A stretch of DNA of 64,000 nt. Source: Pyrinomonadaceae bacterium. Lineage in GTDB: Bacteria; Acidobacteriota; Blastocatellia; Pyrinomonadales; Pyrinomonadaceae. The stretch lies in assembly GCA_046313635.1 (NCBI GenBank), contig JBKBYA010000013.1:1-64000 (forward strand), in the 5' to 3' direction. The position numbers were made by a program, and so were the translations under genes. Under the pieces are notes generated by a model, which did no database searches, was not told the DNA's origin, and saw only the letters and a list, made by a program, of their open reading frames with translations. Shown piece after piece: positions 30,094-43,756 of the stretch (position 1 is its first letter; every line of letters starts with the position of its first letter).

Positions 30094-31973
30094 CGGTAAA
30101 ACGCTCCCGGCACCGGCGCTATGCCCGTCCACTGTGTCCCGCCGCGGTAACCGGCCGACGACTGCAGGATGTACCAGCCCGAATAATTCCCAAACGACGC
30201 ACGCTCGACGGCGATATCCGCTCGGCCGTCGCCGTCGTAATCCGCGACGACCGGCCGATCTCCGGGCACGCCCCAGGAGGCGTAGCTGACCGTCTGGTCC
30301 GAACTTCTCAGAACGAAAAAGTCAGGCTGAGCGGGATCGGCCGTCGCACGAAAAACGGCCGGGTCGGTCCGCCCGTCGCCGTCGTAGTCGGCCGGCACCG
30401 CGACATCGGTCGAGACGCCGAATGGAAATGCGAGATACGAATTGGTCCCACTCTGAAATACGTACCAGGCGCCCTCCGACGGCCGATACACCGCGATGTC
30501 GCCGATGCCGTCGCCGTCAAAGTCCATCATCAGCGGCTTGTCGCCCGATCGGCCGAACTGCTGCGCGTAGACCTGCCCCGAAAGGCTGCGGAGCTGCCAC
30601 CACTCTCCGCCCGACGGACGAAAGATCGCGATATCGGCGCGCCCGTCGCCGTCGAAATCGTTCGGCACGGGAATGTCGCCATTCGCTCCGAACTGCAGTA
30701 TCCGCGTCGTCGACGTCGCCGAATTCAGGATGTACCAGTCGCCGGTCGACGGCCGAAAGACGGCGACGTCCGTGCGGTTGTCACCGTCATAGTCCGCCGG
30801 AACGATAACGTCGGTCGGGAGTCCAAAGGCGACGAGCTGCAGCTGCGAGTCTGAGCTTCTCTCGATGTACCAGCCCTGATTCGAGAAGGATGACAGGTCA
30901 GACTTGCCGTCGCCGTCAAAATCGAATTGGGCGCGAGCGACCCGCTGTATCGCGACGTCGTTGCCGTCGCCGCCGGCGTAGGTGATGCGAAACGCGGTGT
31001 TGAGCGGCCCCGCGAAAACCGAGCCTTCTGGAGCTCCTGCAAACGTGCCGCTGACCGCGTCGGTGCCGTCATTCCGAATGATCACGAACTGCGATCCGAC
31101 GGCCGGACGAAAGTTTGCCCACGGCAGCGGCGCGAGGCGGGAGCCGCCGAGGTTGACCGCGCCCGTGACATTCAGCTGATCGTGGCCGTTCGCGCCGGGC
31201 GCCGTACCGCCGATCTTGCAGACGTATGCGCCGTTTGGCGAGAGCGTAAGCCCGTTAGAGATATTCAGGATGCCGGTCGGCGACGTGAGAGTGCCCGCGC
31301 TGACGACGCCCTGCACGACGCTGACGGCGCCGACCGTCCCCGTGCCGCCAAAGCCGCTGAGGGCAAAGCTCGTCGGGGCCGTGCCGTTGACCGTGACCGA
31401 GCTCGACGGGATGTTAGCGTCGACGACAAAGATCCCGTCGTTGAGCGTGATCGGCCCGCTAAAGCTCGAGGCAGCGACGATCGCCGCGGCACCGGGGCCG
31501 AGCTTGGTGATCGCGCCGGTTCCGGAGATCAGCCCGATGCCCGTCGTTCCCGCGCCGTCGATGGCCAGAGGGAAGCTGCCGACCGACAGCACGACCAGCG
31601 TGGCCGCCGCGCCCTGCCCGGTCGTAAAGGTCTGCGCCGCGCTCAGGGTGATCGCGAGATTGAAGGTCGAGGTGCCGGCCGCCACGTTCAATCCGGCCGT
31701 GAGCCTGATCGGGTTTCCGCCGAAGGTGTACGTACCGCCCTCGACCGTGATCGAGCGAAACGTGGTCAAGAAAAAGAAATTGTTGTTTGTCGCGAACTGC
31801 GCCGCCGCGGCCGGGAAGACGAGATCGTCATTCGCCGCCGGCGCGACGTCGCCGACCCAGTTGGCCGCGGTCTGCCAGTTGGCGTCGGCGCCGCCGCCGT
31901 CCCAGGTCCTTACGGCCGCTGCCGACGCTGAAGTGAAAACAAGAATCGCTACGATGGTGAGGAGTACTCGCAT
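30090..31973 (-). CDS. Secreted protein with autotransporter-passenger-like beta-helix and C-terminal FG-GAP/VCBS repeats
   Basis: Signal peptide; TWDGGG..NW..AANW; ITKLGPG; six D(F/Y)DGD..(S/T/A/G)D repeats. Confidence 0.82.
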   Translation of the reverse strand: MRVLLTIVAILVFTSASAAAVRTWDGGGADANWQTAANWVGDVAPAANDDLVFPAAAAQFATNNNFFFLTTFRSITVEGGTYTFGGNPIRLTAGLNVAAGTSTFNLAITLSAAQTFTTGQGAAATLVVLSVGSFPLAIDGAGTTGIGLISGTGAITKLGPGAAAIVAASSFSGPITLNDGIFVVDANIPSSSVTVNGTAPTSFALSGFGGTGTVGAVSVVQGVVSAGTLTSPTGILNISNGLTLSPNGAYVCKIGGTAPGANGHDQLNVTGAVNLGGSRLAPLPWANFRPAVGSQFVIIRNDGTDAVSGTFAGAPEGSVFAGPLNTAFRITYAGGDGNDVAIQRVARAQFDFDGDGKSDLSSFSNQGWYIERSSDSQLQLVAFGLPTDVIVPADYDGDNRTDVAVFRPSTGDWYILNSATSTTRILQFGANGDIPVPNDFDGDGRADIAIFRPSGGEWWQLRSLSGQVYAQQFGRSGDKPLMMDFDGDGIGDIAVYRPSEGAWYVFQSGTNSYLAFPFGVSTDVAVPADYDGDGRTDPAVFRATADPAQPDFFVLRSSDQTVSYASWGVPGDRPVVADYDGDGRADIAVERASFGNYSGWYILQSSAGYRGGTQWTGIAPVPGAFYR

Positions 31974-32118
31974 GCTGTATGGCCTCGATGTCGATCGGTG
32001 AAGTTCGCGAGAAAGTTAGCATAGCCCGCACGGTTATCCAACATCGGCCGCGGCCGGCACGTCGCTTTTTCGCCCAAGGCCGCTGTGCTAACCTTTAACA
32101 CTTGTAATTTCAATCCTT

Positions 32119-32982
32119 ATGGCGTGGTTTCGCAGGGACAAACCCAAGATCGAGGAGCAGGAAGTCGCCGACGGCGAGCGCACGGTCAAGACCGAGGGCA
32201 TTTTCGTCAAGTGTCCGGAGTGCGAGAGTCCGCTCTACAAGCGCGAGCTGACCGAGTCGTTCGAGGTCTGCACGCATTGCTCGTATCACTTTCGCTACCC
32301 GGCAAAGCGGCGTCTCGAGATCCTTTTTGACGAAGGGAAGTTTACGGAGCTCGATACCGAGGTCACCTCGGCCGACCCGCTCGAGTTCGTCGATTCAAAG
32401 CCGTATAAAGACCGTATCGAGCAGGCCAAGAAGTCTTCGGGTCTGCCCGAGGCGATCATCTCAGGCACCGGCACCGTCGGCGGACATCTGGTCTACGCGG
32501 GCGCGATGGACATGGCCTTCATCGGCGGCTCGATGGGCTCGGCCGTCGGCGAAAAGATCACCCGCCAGATCGAACGCGCGATCGACAACAAAGGTGCGGT
32601 GATCATCTTTTCGGCCTCGGGCGGCGCACGAATGCAGGAAGGCACGCTGTCGCTGATGCAGATGGGCAAGGTCTCGGCCGCTCTCGCACGGCTTCATGAG
32701 AAGCGTCTGCCTTTTATATCTGTACTGACCGATCCGACGACCGGCGGCGTGACCGCGAGCTTCGCGATGCTCGGCGACGTCATCATTGGCGAACCAAAAG
32801 CGCTGATCGGCTTTGCCGGCCCGCGCGTCATCGAGCAGACGATCCGTCAAAAACTGCCGAAAGGATTTCAGCGAAGCGAGTTCCTGCTCGAGCACGGAAT
32901 GATCGACATGGTCGTCGACCGCCGCGAGCTGCGCGATACGATAATTCGCCTGCTCGACTTTATGATGCGGGATAAATCGTAG
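32119..32982 (+). CDS. accD: Acetyl-CoA carboxylase carboxyltransferase beta subunit
   Basis: CPEC..CTHC zinc finger, GGSMGSAVGEK, SGGARMQEG, PTTGGVTASF. Confidence 0.97.
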   Translation: MAWFRRDKPKIEEQEVADGERTVKTEGIFVKCPECESPLYKRELTESFEVCTHCSYHFRYPAKRRLEILFDEGKFTELDTEVTSADPLEFVDSKPYKDRIEQAKKSSGLPEAIISGTGTVGGHLVYAGAMDMAFIGGSMGSAVGEKITRQIERAIDNKGAVIIFSASGGARMQEGTLSLMQMGKVSAALARLHEKRLPFISVLTDPTTGGVTASFAMLGDVIIGEPKALIGFAGPRVIEQTIRQKLPKGFQRSEFLLEHGMIDMVVDRRELRDTIIRLLDFMMRDKS

Positions 32983-33077
32983 CTATCAGTTATTCCGAAG
33001 CAGAGCCATGATCTGCTCGCCCACTTCAACTATCGTCTCGGGCAGATCAACTGCCGTCGCCGAATGATCTCGCCGTC

Positions 33078-34382
33078 GTGAATTTCCGCGAGTCCCAATC
33101 GTATCTCTTCTCGCTCGGCAACGAAGTGTCGGCGATGAAGCTCGGCCTCGAGAGCATGCACGAGCTGCTCGCCGCACTCGGCAAACCTCAGCAAAATTAC
33201 ATCAAGGTTCAGGTCGCCGGCACCAACGGCAAAGGCTCGGTCTGCGCATTTCTGGGATCGATGTGCGTCGCCGCCCACGTTAAGGTCGGCGTCACGACCT
33301 CACCGCATCTCGTCTCGGTCACGGAACGGGTACTGATCAACGGCGAGCCGATCGACGAGGACGAATTTGCCGAGTTTTCGACGCGAGTCCGCGAGGCATC
33401 AGAGGCGCTCGTTCGCGACGGCAGGCTCGAGACGGTCCCGACATATTTTGAGCAGGTAACCGCGATCGCTCTGCTGGCGTTTGCCGCTCACAAGGTCGAG
33501 CTCGCGATCCTCGAGACCGGTCTCGGCGGGCGACTCGACGCGACTACGGCCGCGAATGCCGAGATCGCCGCGATCACGCGGATCGACCTCGATCATCAGG
33601 AATATCTCGGCGAGACGCTTCGGGAGATCGCCGGTGAAAAGGCGGCGATCATTCACCGCGACAGCCGCGTAGTCGTCGGCGAGCAGCAGCCCGAGGCGAT
33701 GGCGGTCATTCTCGAGCGATGCCGCTCGCTGGGCGTCGAGCCGCGGCTTGCGTCAGACACGACAGCGACATTCGACGGCGAGACGGTCACATTTCGCGAC
33801 GCCGATCTTGTGCTCTCGAATCTCCGCCTCGGCCTCGCCGGCGACCACCAGATCGAGAATGCAAAGATCGCGATCGGCCTCGCCCGTGAGATGAATATTG
33901 AAGCGAAACATATCTCTCAAGGCCTCGCGTCTGCGCGACATCCTGGCCGTCTCGAGTGGATGACAACGAGCGACGGCGAATTCCTCCTCGACGGAGCGCA
34001 CAATATCGGCGGAGCGGCGGCGTTGAGAGACTACATTCTTAAGTACCGGCCCGAACCGAGAATGACGCTCGTCTTTGGCTGCATGCGCGACAAGGACGTT
34101 CGCAAGATCGCGGCGCTGCTTTTCCCGCTGGCCGACGAGATCATCCTCACCGAGGCGAGCAATTCGCGCTCGATGCAGGCAGACGATCTTTACCGCATCG
34201 CGGCGGGGATAGTTCCCGCAGACGACTGCACGGCTGTCAAGCGACTTGCCGACGCGATCGACCTGGCCGTCAGATACTATCTCGGACGGCCCGACGCGTC
34301 GCACCGTTTCATATGCGTCACCGGCTCGCTCTACCTCGTCGGCGAGGCAAAGAAGCTGCTGCGCAAGAGATCGGCGACTTGA
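33078..34382 (+). CDS. folC: Folylpolyglutamate/dihydrofolate synthase
   Basis: [39 protein letters not shown]. Confidence 0.95.
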   Translation: MNFRESQSYLFSLGNEVSAMKLGLESMHELLAALGKPQQNYIKVQVAGTNGKGSVCAFLGSMCVAAHVKVGVTTSPHLVSVTERVLINGEPIDEDEFAEFSTRVREASEALVRDGRLETVPTYFEQVTAIALLAFAAHKVELAILETGLGGRLDATTAANAEIAAITRIDLDHQEYLGETLREIAGEKAAIIHRDSRVVVGEQQPEAMAVILERCRSLGVEPRLASDTTATFDGETVTFRDADLVLSNLRLGLAGDHQIENAKIAIGLAREMNIEAKHISQGLASARHPGRLEWMTTSDGEFLLDGAHNIGGAAALRDYILKYRPEPRMTLVFGCMRDKDVRKIAALLFPLADEIILTEASNSRSMQADDLYRIAAGIVPADDCTAVKRLADAIDLAVRYYLGRPDASHRFICVTGSLYLVGEAKKLLRKRSAT

Positions 34383-34386
34383 GAAC

Positions 34387-34430
34387 CCAAATTCAAAATT
34401 TGAAATCTGGAATTTGGAATCTAAAATTCC
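34387..34430. repeat. Heptamer array (AAATTC / GGAATTT type)
   Basis: AAATTCAAAATTTGAAATCTGGAATTTGGAATCTAAAATTCC; same unit family as 24769-24836. Confidence 0.7.
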
Positions 34431-34434
34431 TCAT

Positions 34435-35181
34435 ATGCACAAACTTGTACTTATCCGTCACGGCGAGAGCGAGTGGAACAAGGAGAATCGTTTCACCGGT
34501 TGGAAGGACGTCGATCTCAGCGAAAAAGGACGAGAGGAGGCCCACGCCGCCGGGCGTCTGCTCAAGGCCGAGGGATTTACGTTTGACGAGGCATACGCGT
34601 CGGTGCTCAAGCGCGCGATCCGCACGATGTGGATCATCCTCGACGAGATGGACCTGATGTGGATACCGGAGACCAAATCGTGGCTGCTCAACGAGCGGCA
34701 CTACGGTGCGCTTCAGGGCTTGAACAAAGCCGAGATGGCGGCTCAGTACGGTGAGGAGCAGGTACTCAAATGGCGGCGGAGCTTTGACATCCCGCCCGAC
34801 CCGATGCCGGAGACCGATGAGCGCTGGCTGGGCAACGACCCGCGTTACGGCGACATCGAGCCGGACAAATTCCCCAGGACCGAATGTCTCAAGGACACGG
34901 TCGCACGCGTCGTCCCGTACTATCAGTACGAGATCGAGCCCAAGATCAAGCAGGGAAAACGGATCCTCGTCGCCGCTCACGGCAACAGCCTGCGGGCGCT
35001 CGTCAAGCATCTCGACCACATTCCGGACGACGAGATCACCAGCCTCAACATTCCGACGGGCATCCCGCTCGTGTACGAGCTCGACGACAAACTGCAAAAG
35101 ATAAACAGCTATTATCTCGGCGATCAGGAAGCGATCAAGGCCGCGCAGGAGGCGGTCGCGAATCAGGGAAAGGCGAAATAG
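34435..35181 (+). CDS. gpmA: 2,3-bisphosphoglycerate-dependent phosphoglycerate mutase
   Basis: [38 protein letters not shown]. Confidence 0.97.
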   Translation: MHKLVLIRHGESEWNKENRFTGWKDVDLSEKGREEAHAAGRLLKAEGFTFDEAYASVLKRAIRTMWIILDEMDLMWIPETKSWLLNERHYGALQGLNKAEMAAQYGEEQVLKWRRSFDIPPDPMPETDERWLGNDPRYGDIEPDKFPRTECLKDTVARVVPYYQYEIEPKIKQGKRILVAAHGNSLRALVKHLDHIPDDEITSLNIPTGIPLVYELDDKLQKINSYYLGDQEAIKAAQEAVANQGKAK

Positions 35182-35310
35182 GAACGCCACGATTTGCTAC
35201 GCGCGACGGCCGAAATCGTGGATGAACTTTTAGGCTGCAGCCAAAATCAAAGGATCGGTCGACGAGCTATGTTTCTAGGCCGATCCTAAATTTTTTGGAG
35301 TACTGCAGAA

Positions 35311-36036
35311 ATGTTCAAGATCAGGAATTCTCTCGCCCTCACCGCGATAATTGTCGCTCTGGCGGGCGCGTCATTCGCGCAGACGACGCGGACGGCCCGC
35401 ACGTCGGCGCGGCAGGCCTCGCTGTCGGATCTCGACATCTCGCGCGGCCTCAGAGCAGCGCTCGGCCAGGGCGTGCGAAACGCGGTCAGCGATCTCGGCC
35501 GCCGCAACGGCTTTCTCGACAACTCGCGCGTGCGCATTCCGCTGCCGCGTAACCTGCAGCGGACCGAACGGACGCTTCGCGCTCTCGGTCAGGGCCGCCG
35601 CGTTGACGAGTTTGTCGCGGCGATGAATCACGCGGCCGAAGAGGCCGTGCCGGTCGCGGCCGACATATTCTTTGACGCGATCATGCAGATGTCGTTCAGC
35701 GACGCGCGCAATATTTTGTTCAGCGGGCAGGACGACGCAGCGACGCAGTTCTTTCGCCGGACGAGCGAGCAAAGGCTGCGCGAGGAGTTTCGGCCGATCG
35801 TCGAGCGATTTACAGAGCAGGTCGGCGTCACGCAAAAGTACAAGCAGTTGATGGGACGCTACGGATTTCTCGGCCGTGCGGTCGGGCAGGATGCGTCGGA
35901 TATCGACGGCTACGTCACCGAAAAGGCGCTCGACGGACTATTCCTGCTCGTCGCCGACGAGGAGCGACGCATTCGCCGCGACCCGATCGGGAGAACGACG
36001 GCGATACTCAGGACGGTCTTCGGCGTGCTGAGATAA
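35311..36036 (+). CDS. DUF4197 family exported protein
   Basis: GLRAAL, RIPLP, MNHAAE, DAATQFF, ALDGLF, EERRIRRDP. Confidence 0.85.
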   Translation: MFKIRNSLALTAIIVALAGASFAQTTRTARTSARQASLSDLDISRGLRAALGQGVRNAVSDLGRRNGFLDNSRVRIPLPRNLQRTERTLRALGQGRRVDEFVAAMNHAAEEAVPVAADIFFDAIMQMSFSDARNILFSGQDDAATQFFRRTSEQRLREEFRPIVERFTEQVGVTQKYKQLMGRYGFLGRAVGQDASDIDGYVTEKALDGLFLLVADEERRIRRDPIGRTTAILRTVFGVLR

Positions 36037-36139
36037 TTGATCGCCGCATCGCGAGCGCTGCAGCAACAGAGAAGTGAGAGGGAATCTGCGGATCGCATTT
36101 TCCTTTTCACTTTTCGACATTTAAACTCTGCTACTTTGT

Positions 36140-37084
36140 ATGCCCTGGCGTAAGGTCCTCTATTTTGCTCTCGTCGTCGTCTGTCTATCGCCGCTTGTCT
36201 CGCCGCCGGCCGCGCTTGCTCTCGGCCTCGCGCTCGCGCTGACGGTGGGCAATCCGTTCCCGGGGCCGACGCGCGAGACGACGCGCTATCTTTTGCGGAT
36301 CTGCGTCGTTCTGCTGGGCTTTGGACTCAACCTGAATGACGTCTATCGAGCGGGCCGCGACGGCCTGCTCTTTACGATCGCGACGATCGCAGGCACGCTG
36401 GTCCTGGGCTACATTCTCGGCCGCGCGCTGAAGGTCGGCGACAAGATCTCGACGCTGATCTCCTCGGGCACGGCGATCTGCGGCGGCAGCGCGATCGCCG
36501 CGGTCGGGCCGGCGATCGAGGCCGACAGCGACGAGATGACCGTCTCGCTCGGCGCGGTATTTGTGCTCAACTCGATCGCGTTGTTCCTGTTTCCGGTCAT
36601 CGGCGTCTCGCTCGGGCTCACGCAGGATCAGTTCGGGATCTGGGCCGCGATCGCGATACACGATACGAGCTCGGTCGTCGGCGCGGCCGCCGCCTACGGG
36701 CAGGAAGCCCTCGGCACGGCGACCGTCGTCAAGCTGACGCGGGCGCTGTGGATAGCACCGGTCGCGCTGTTCTTCGCATTTGTCTTTGGCCGCAGCGGCA
36801 ATGGTGCCGCCGGCGGCCGGCGGGTCGAGGTGCCTTGGTTCATCTTCCTCTTTGTCGCCGCGACGGTCGCGCGCAGCTATGCGCCGAGCTTCGTCTTGCC
36901 GAGCCTCTTCGATTCGGTCGTCAATTTTGCAAAGGCAGGAATGACGCTGTGCCTCTTTTTTATCGGGGCCACGCTCTCGCGCGAGACGATCCGCAAGGTC
37001 GGAGCGCGTCCGCTGATTCAGGGCCTCGTGCTGTGGATCGCGATCTCCGTCGTCAGCCTTGCCGCGGTGCTGCGGCTGGTCTAA
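36140..37084 (+). CDS. UPF0324/YeiH family membrane transporter
   Basis: GTAICGGSAIAA, AIHDTSSVVGAA, VKLTRALW. Confidence 0.88.
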   Translation: MPWRKVLYFALVVVCLSPLVSPPAALALGLALALTVGNPFPGPTRETTRYLLRICVVLLGFGLNLNDVYRAGRDGLLFTIATIAGTLVLGYILGRALKVGDKISTLISSGTAICGGSAIAAVGPAIEADSDEMTVSLGAVFVLNSIALFLFPVIGVSLGLTQDQFGIWAAIAIHDTSSVVGAAAAYGQEALGTATVVKLTRALWIAPVALFFAFVFGRSGNGAAGGRRVEVPWFIFLFVAATVARSYAPSFVLPSLFDSVVNFAKAGMTLCLFFIGATLSRETIRKVGARPLIQGLVLWIAISVVSLAAVLRLV

Positions 37085-37130
37085 AAGTACAATTCGTGCC
37101 GCGAACTTGCGTCGGGTCTGCCGGCGTCTT

Positions 37131-37979
37131 TCAGGCCCGAGCGGTCCGCGTCCGAGCGGCCTGATCGTTGTCACTTGATTCGGCGTCCGAACCCGAGCGC
37201 ATCGGCTCGCGTCCGGACGGCTGGCCTTCGTTGGTCACGATCCGACCGGTCTCCATCAGCATTTTGAATCGGCGAAGGTCGTCCTCGACCTGCAGGCCGG
37301 GCTCTTCGCCGAGCGCCCACGCGATCCATTCGCCGAGCTTGCCGCCGGGAGCCTCGTAGGTCAGATCGACGCGCACGAGCGTGCCGCGGTCGCCGCCCAC
37401 CTCGCGAAAGTTCACTACGCCCGAATTGACGACGTCCGATCCCTCGAGAGATTTCCATCCGATGCGTTCGTTGGCGACATCGCTCGTCAATTCGGCGTCC
37501 CACTCGACCGACATTCCGAGCGGGGCCTTTGCCCTCCAGTGAGAGATCTTGCCGTCGCCGTCACGTACGCTGACCTTCTCAAGATGCTTCATAAAGCGCG
37601 GCAGATTCTCGAGCTCGCGCCAGTAGCCGTAGAGCTCGGCCGCGGGCTTTGCTATCAAGATCGAGCGGGTGACGTGCACCGGCCGCCCCAGCAGGCTGCG
37701 ACCGTAGGGCGAACGCCGCGTGCCCTCGGCCTCACCGCCGCCGTGCGCGGTGTCGATGCCGGCCGCGTCGTAGAGGTGACAGTGGCCGGTCGATCCGCGA
37801 AATAAGAGCACGCCGCCGAGAATGCCGAGCGCCGTTCCCAACACTCCCCCGCGGCTGATGCCGTACGCCAGCATCGCTCCGCCGCCGATCAGCGAAGCGA
37901 CGCGCTCGGTGGTACCGACATTTATCGACAGGTCGGTAAAATGATCTAACCGGTTTTCGCTTTGTGTTTGGTGATGCAT
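37131..37979 (-). CDS. DUF2892 plus SRPBCC (cyclase/dehydrase) domain protein
   Basis: NVGTTER, RGSTGHC, LENLPRFMKHL, DLRRFKMLMETG. Confidence 0.85.
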   Translation of the reverse strand: MHHQTQSENRLDHFTDLSINVGTTERVASLIGGGAMLAYGISRGGVLGTALGILGGVLLFRGSTGHCHLYDAAGIDTAHGGGEAEGTRRSPYGRSLLGRPVHVTRSILIAKPAAELYGYWRELENLPRFMKHLEKVSVRDGDGKISHWRAKAPLGMSVEWDAELTSDVANERIGWKSLEGSDVVNSGVVNFREVGGDRGTLVRVDLTYEAPGGKLGEWIAWALGEEPGLQVEDDLRRFKMLMETGRIVTNEGQPSGREPMRSGSDAESSDNDQAARTRTARA

Positions 37980-38138
37980 AAGAGACCTCGACCTGCCTGC
38001 CCCGGCGGGAGTACCGCTAACGGTACTCGTCCGTGTACCGACGAGAGACACTAGTTTCATTTGAAGGTGCCGTTGCGCAATAGGCGTGCCGCTCCGGCGG
38101 CGTAGAACCTGAACGCACGCGATTGCTATACTGCCGCT

Positions 38139-38387
38139 ATGGCAAGCGAAGACCCGGATGTCGTGGTCAAACTCAAGACCGAGCGGCGCGGTGTGCTCAA
38201 CCCGCAGATCGTTCGCTGGATCGCATTCGTCGTGATCACGGTCTCGCTCGTCGCCTGCACCGTTCTCTGCATCCTCGCGATCTGGAAGTTCACAGAGTCG
38301 GACGCCGTCTGGCGCGCGATCGCGACCTTTATCGTCGTCAGCATCGCGACCGCGATATTTGCCCTCGTCAACGAAAAGCTCGGCTAA
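38139..38387 (+). CDS. Small two-TM membrane protein
   Basis: Two hydrophobic helices; extended -10 TGCTATACT 6 nt before the ATG. Confidence 0.65.
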   Translation: MASEDPDVVVKLKTERRGVLNPQIVRWIAFVVITVSLVACTVLCILAIWKFTESDAVWRAIATFIVVSIATAIFALVNEKLG

Positions 38388-38388
38388 A

Positions 38389-38521
38389 GGAGCGCGGACA
38401 TTCCTGTCCGCATAAGTGCGAAGCACGAAGAAACGCGCCGGAGAATGATCGAGTCGATCCTCCGGCGTACCTGTTCGCTCTCGGAGACGAACGCTCATGC
38501 GGACAGGAGTGTCCGCGCTCC
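38389..38521. repeat. REP-like inverted pair (25 bp)
   Basis: GGAGCGCGGACATTCCTGTCCGCAT at 38389-38413 matches the reverse complement of 38497-38521 at 24/25; each copy is internally palindromic. Confidence 0.82.
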
Positions 38522-38601
38522 GTGCGGCCTCGCGCACCGTTCATTCGCTTTGCTAACATACTCGTTTCGACTATCGGCGAGATTCTTATCTGTAGTACGA
38601 G

Positions 38602-41508
<2,907 letters not shown>

Positions 41509-41550
41509 GCTGCTGCAAAAGTTAATTCGTTGAAACTACGATTCGTTATT

Positions 41551-41580
41551 CGGCCGGCGCTGCGAAGCCGGCCGTTTTTG
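41551..41580 (+). terminator. Intrinsic terminator after uvrA
   Basis: CGGCCGGC..GCCGGCCG followed by TTTTT. Confidence 0.7.
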
Positions 41581-41630
41581 TCTCGTCGGCATAGCCATTG
41601 CAAAACTCGCGGTAAACGGAGGTTTATCGA

Positions 41631-41936
41631 ATGAGTAACGCAGAACAGAACCAGCAGAATCAAAAGGGCGCTCCGCAGGATACGGCGCAGATGCCGTCGA
41701 GCGGTAATTCGCCTTCGCCGACCGGCTCCACCGAGGGAACGGACGAATCGTCGCGCTCGCCCGAAGGCGGCGATCCCGAAAGTAAGGGCTCCTCGTCCGG
41801 AGCCGCGACGCAGACCGCGCCGGAGTCCGGCGAAAGCACGGCGTCGAATGTCTATAAGAACGACACAGGCGACCCGGGCCGCACGCCGGGATCGGCCGAG
41901 GGCGTCGAGGACTTTCAGAAGACGGGGAATGAGTGA
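41631..41936 (+). CDS. Small hydrophilic, probably disordered protein
   Basis: GGAGG RBS; S/G/E/T/P-rich; ends DPGRTPGSAEG. Confidence 0.65.
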   Translation: MSNAEQNQQNQKGAPQDTAQMPSSGNSPSPTGSTEGTDESSRSPEGGDPESKGSSSGAATQTAPESGESTASNVYKNDTGDPGRTPGSAEGVEDFQKTGNE

Positions 41937-42017
41937 TCTGGTCGGTCAGAGGAAGTGAAGTTCTTCTCGTCGAGCGGAAAAGCTTTGCATTTCCGCTCGG
42001 CGAGATAACGGTCTCGA

Positions 42018-42770
42018 CTAACTACCGAGCATTATCGCGTCGAGCATTTCGCGGACGGCCTGCTCGAGGCCGACGAAGATCGCGCGGGAGATGATGTGGT
42101 GGCCGATGTTGAATTCGGCGATCTCTGGCATCGCGGCGAGCGGGCCGATGTTGCGGGTCGTGAGGCCGTGGCCGGCAGCGACGACGAGGCCGCAATTCTG
42201 GGCGTGAACGACGGCCTCGCGAATGCGGTCGATCTCGGCGGCGGCTTTACGCGAGCCTTCGCCGTGCGAAGCGCGAGAGCCTAACGTGAGCTCGGCGTAT
42301 TCGGCGGTGCAGATCTCGATCTGCGCGGCCCCGGCGCGCTTTGCGGCGTCGATCTGGTCCGGCTCGGGGTCGATGAAGATGCTTACAAAAATGCCCGCGG
42401 CCTTGAGCCTTTCGACGGCGTGCTTGACCGTCTCAAAATTTCCGACCACATCGAGACCGCCCTCGGTCGTGACCTCGTTCGGACTCTCGGGCACGAGCGA
42501 AACGGCATCGGGCTTGACGCGCGTCGCGATCTTGACCATCTCTTCCGTCGTCGCGTGCTCGACGTTTAGATAAGTGCTGACCGTGTCGCGCAGCAGCTCG
42601 ATGTCGCGGTCCTGAATGTGGCGGCGGTCCTGCCTGAGGTGCACCGTGATGCCGTGCGCGCCGGCCTGCTCGCAAGCGACGGCCGCGGCGACGACGCTCG
42701 GCTCGATGGTCTTGCGTGCCTGGCGAACGGTCGCGACGTGGTCGATATTCACATTCAGACGTGCGGGCAT
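42018..42770 (-). CDS. pdxJ: Pyridoxine 5'-phosphate synthase
   Basis: [41 protein letters not shown]. Confidence 0.97.
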   Translation of the reverse strand: MPARLNVNIDHVATVRQARKTIEPSVVAAAVACEQAGAHGITVHLRQDRRHIQDRDIELLRDTVSTYLNVEHATTEEMVKIATRVKPDAVSLVPESPNEVTTEGGLDVVGNFETVKHAVERLKAAGIFVSIFIDPEPDQIDAAKRAGAAQIEICTAEYAELTLGSRASHGEGSRKAAAEIDRIREAVVHAQNCGLVVAAGHGLTTRNIGPLAAMPEIAEFNIGHHIISRAIFVGLEQAVREMLDAIMLGS

Positions 42771-42836
42771 TGGTCGATTCCTCGCTGAATTAAATTAGTT
42801 TTCAAAATATAACACCATCGCTGGCGCGGTCGGACA

Positions 42837-43577
42837 TTAGGGCAGGCGGTAGCGGCCGTTGCGGGCGTTGCGGCGGATCTCGAGCAGCTCTGTGAACATC
42901 CGACGCGTGTCGCGAAAGACGCTGACCTTCGAGCCCTCGACGTTATTCCAGCGGACGGGGATCTCGCTCAGCCTCAGGCCGCGATACTTCGCGACGAACA
43001 AAAACTCGACGTCGAAACCGAAGCGGTCGATCGTCATCATCGGCAGCAGGGGACGAAACTTCGTCATATCGAAAGCCTTGAATCCGCACTGCGTGTCGGC
43101 AAAATTCAGCCCGCTCATGGCGCGGATGACCAGGTTCATCACCTTGCCCCCCTGCTCGCGCCGCCACGGCTGGTGCGTGCCGATGAGGCTGCGGTCGAGA
43201 GCACGCGAGCCGAAGGCGACGTCGATCTCACCGCGGCGGATCGGGTCGACGAGCTTCGGCAGTTCTTCGATCGGCGTCGAAAGATCGGCGTCTGAAAACA
43301 GCGCGATGTCGGCCGACGCCGCCGCCAGTCCGGTGCGGACGGCGTGGCCCTTGCCGCGATTGACATCGTAGCGAATGACGCGCGAAGGAATGTCGTCATG
43401 CCCGGCAAAGATCGATCGTGCGACCTCGGCGGTGTCGTCCGACGAGCCGTCGTCCACGACGATAACCTCTGCGGCGACGCCGCTCGCCCCGATGTAATCG
43501 AGGATCTCGTCGAGCGGTCGGCCGATCCGCTCAGCCTCGTCAAAGGCGGGAATGACTATGGATACTGCCGGCTTCAT
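42837..43577 (-). CDS. GT2 glycosyltransferase (dolichyl-phosphate glucosyltransferase-like)
   Basis: VVDDGSSD, NRGKG, DADLS, DTQCGFK, FDVE. Confidence 0.9.
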   Translation of the reverse strand: MKPAVSIVIPAFDEAERIGRPLDEILDYIGASGVAAEVIVVDDGSSDDTAEVARSIFAGHDDIPSRVIRYDVNRGKGHAVRTGLAAASADIALFSDADLSTPIEELPKLVDPIRRGEIDVAFGSRALDRSLIGTHQPWRREQGGKVMNLVIRAMSGLNFADTQCGFKAFDMTKFRPLLPMMTIDRFGFDVEFLFVAKYRGLRLSEIPVRWNNVEGSKVSVFRDTRRMFTELLEIRRNARNGRYRLP

Positions 43578-43756
43578 CCAAACAAAAGGGAAATGATAGA
43601 GCCTCGTTCGGCAAATGTAAATTTAGCGTTCGGCTGTCGCTCGAGCATTGCGAAAAGACGATCCGGAGCGATCCAAGTTCGACATTCGGACGGCAACGCC
43701 GCCTTCCTTTTTGGCCAACTAATATGTGCTATATTCGAATTTGCCGAAGGGGACCA

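Noticed and set aside
38520..38601. SOS box upstream of uvrA or ruvA
   Set aside because: No convincing GTTC-N7-GTTC, CTGT-N8-ACAG or GAAC-N4-GTTC site was seen by eye.
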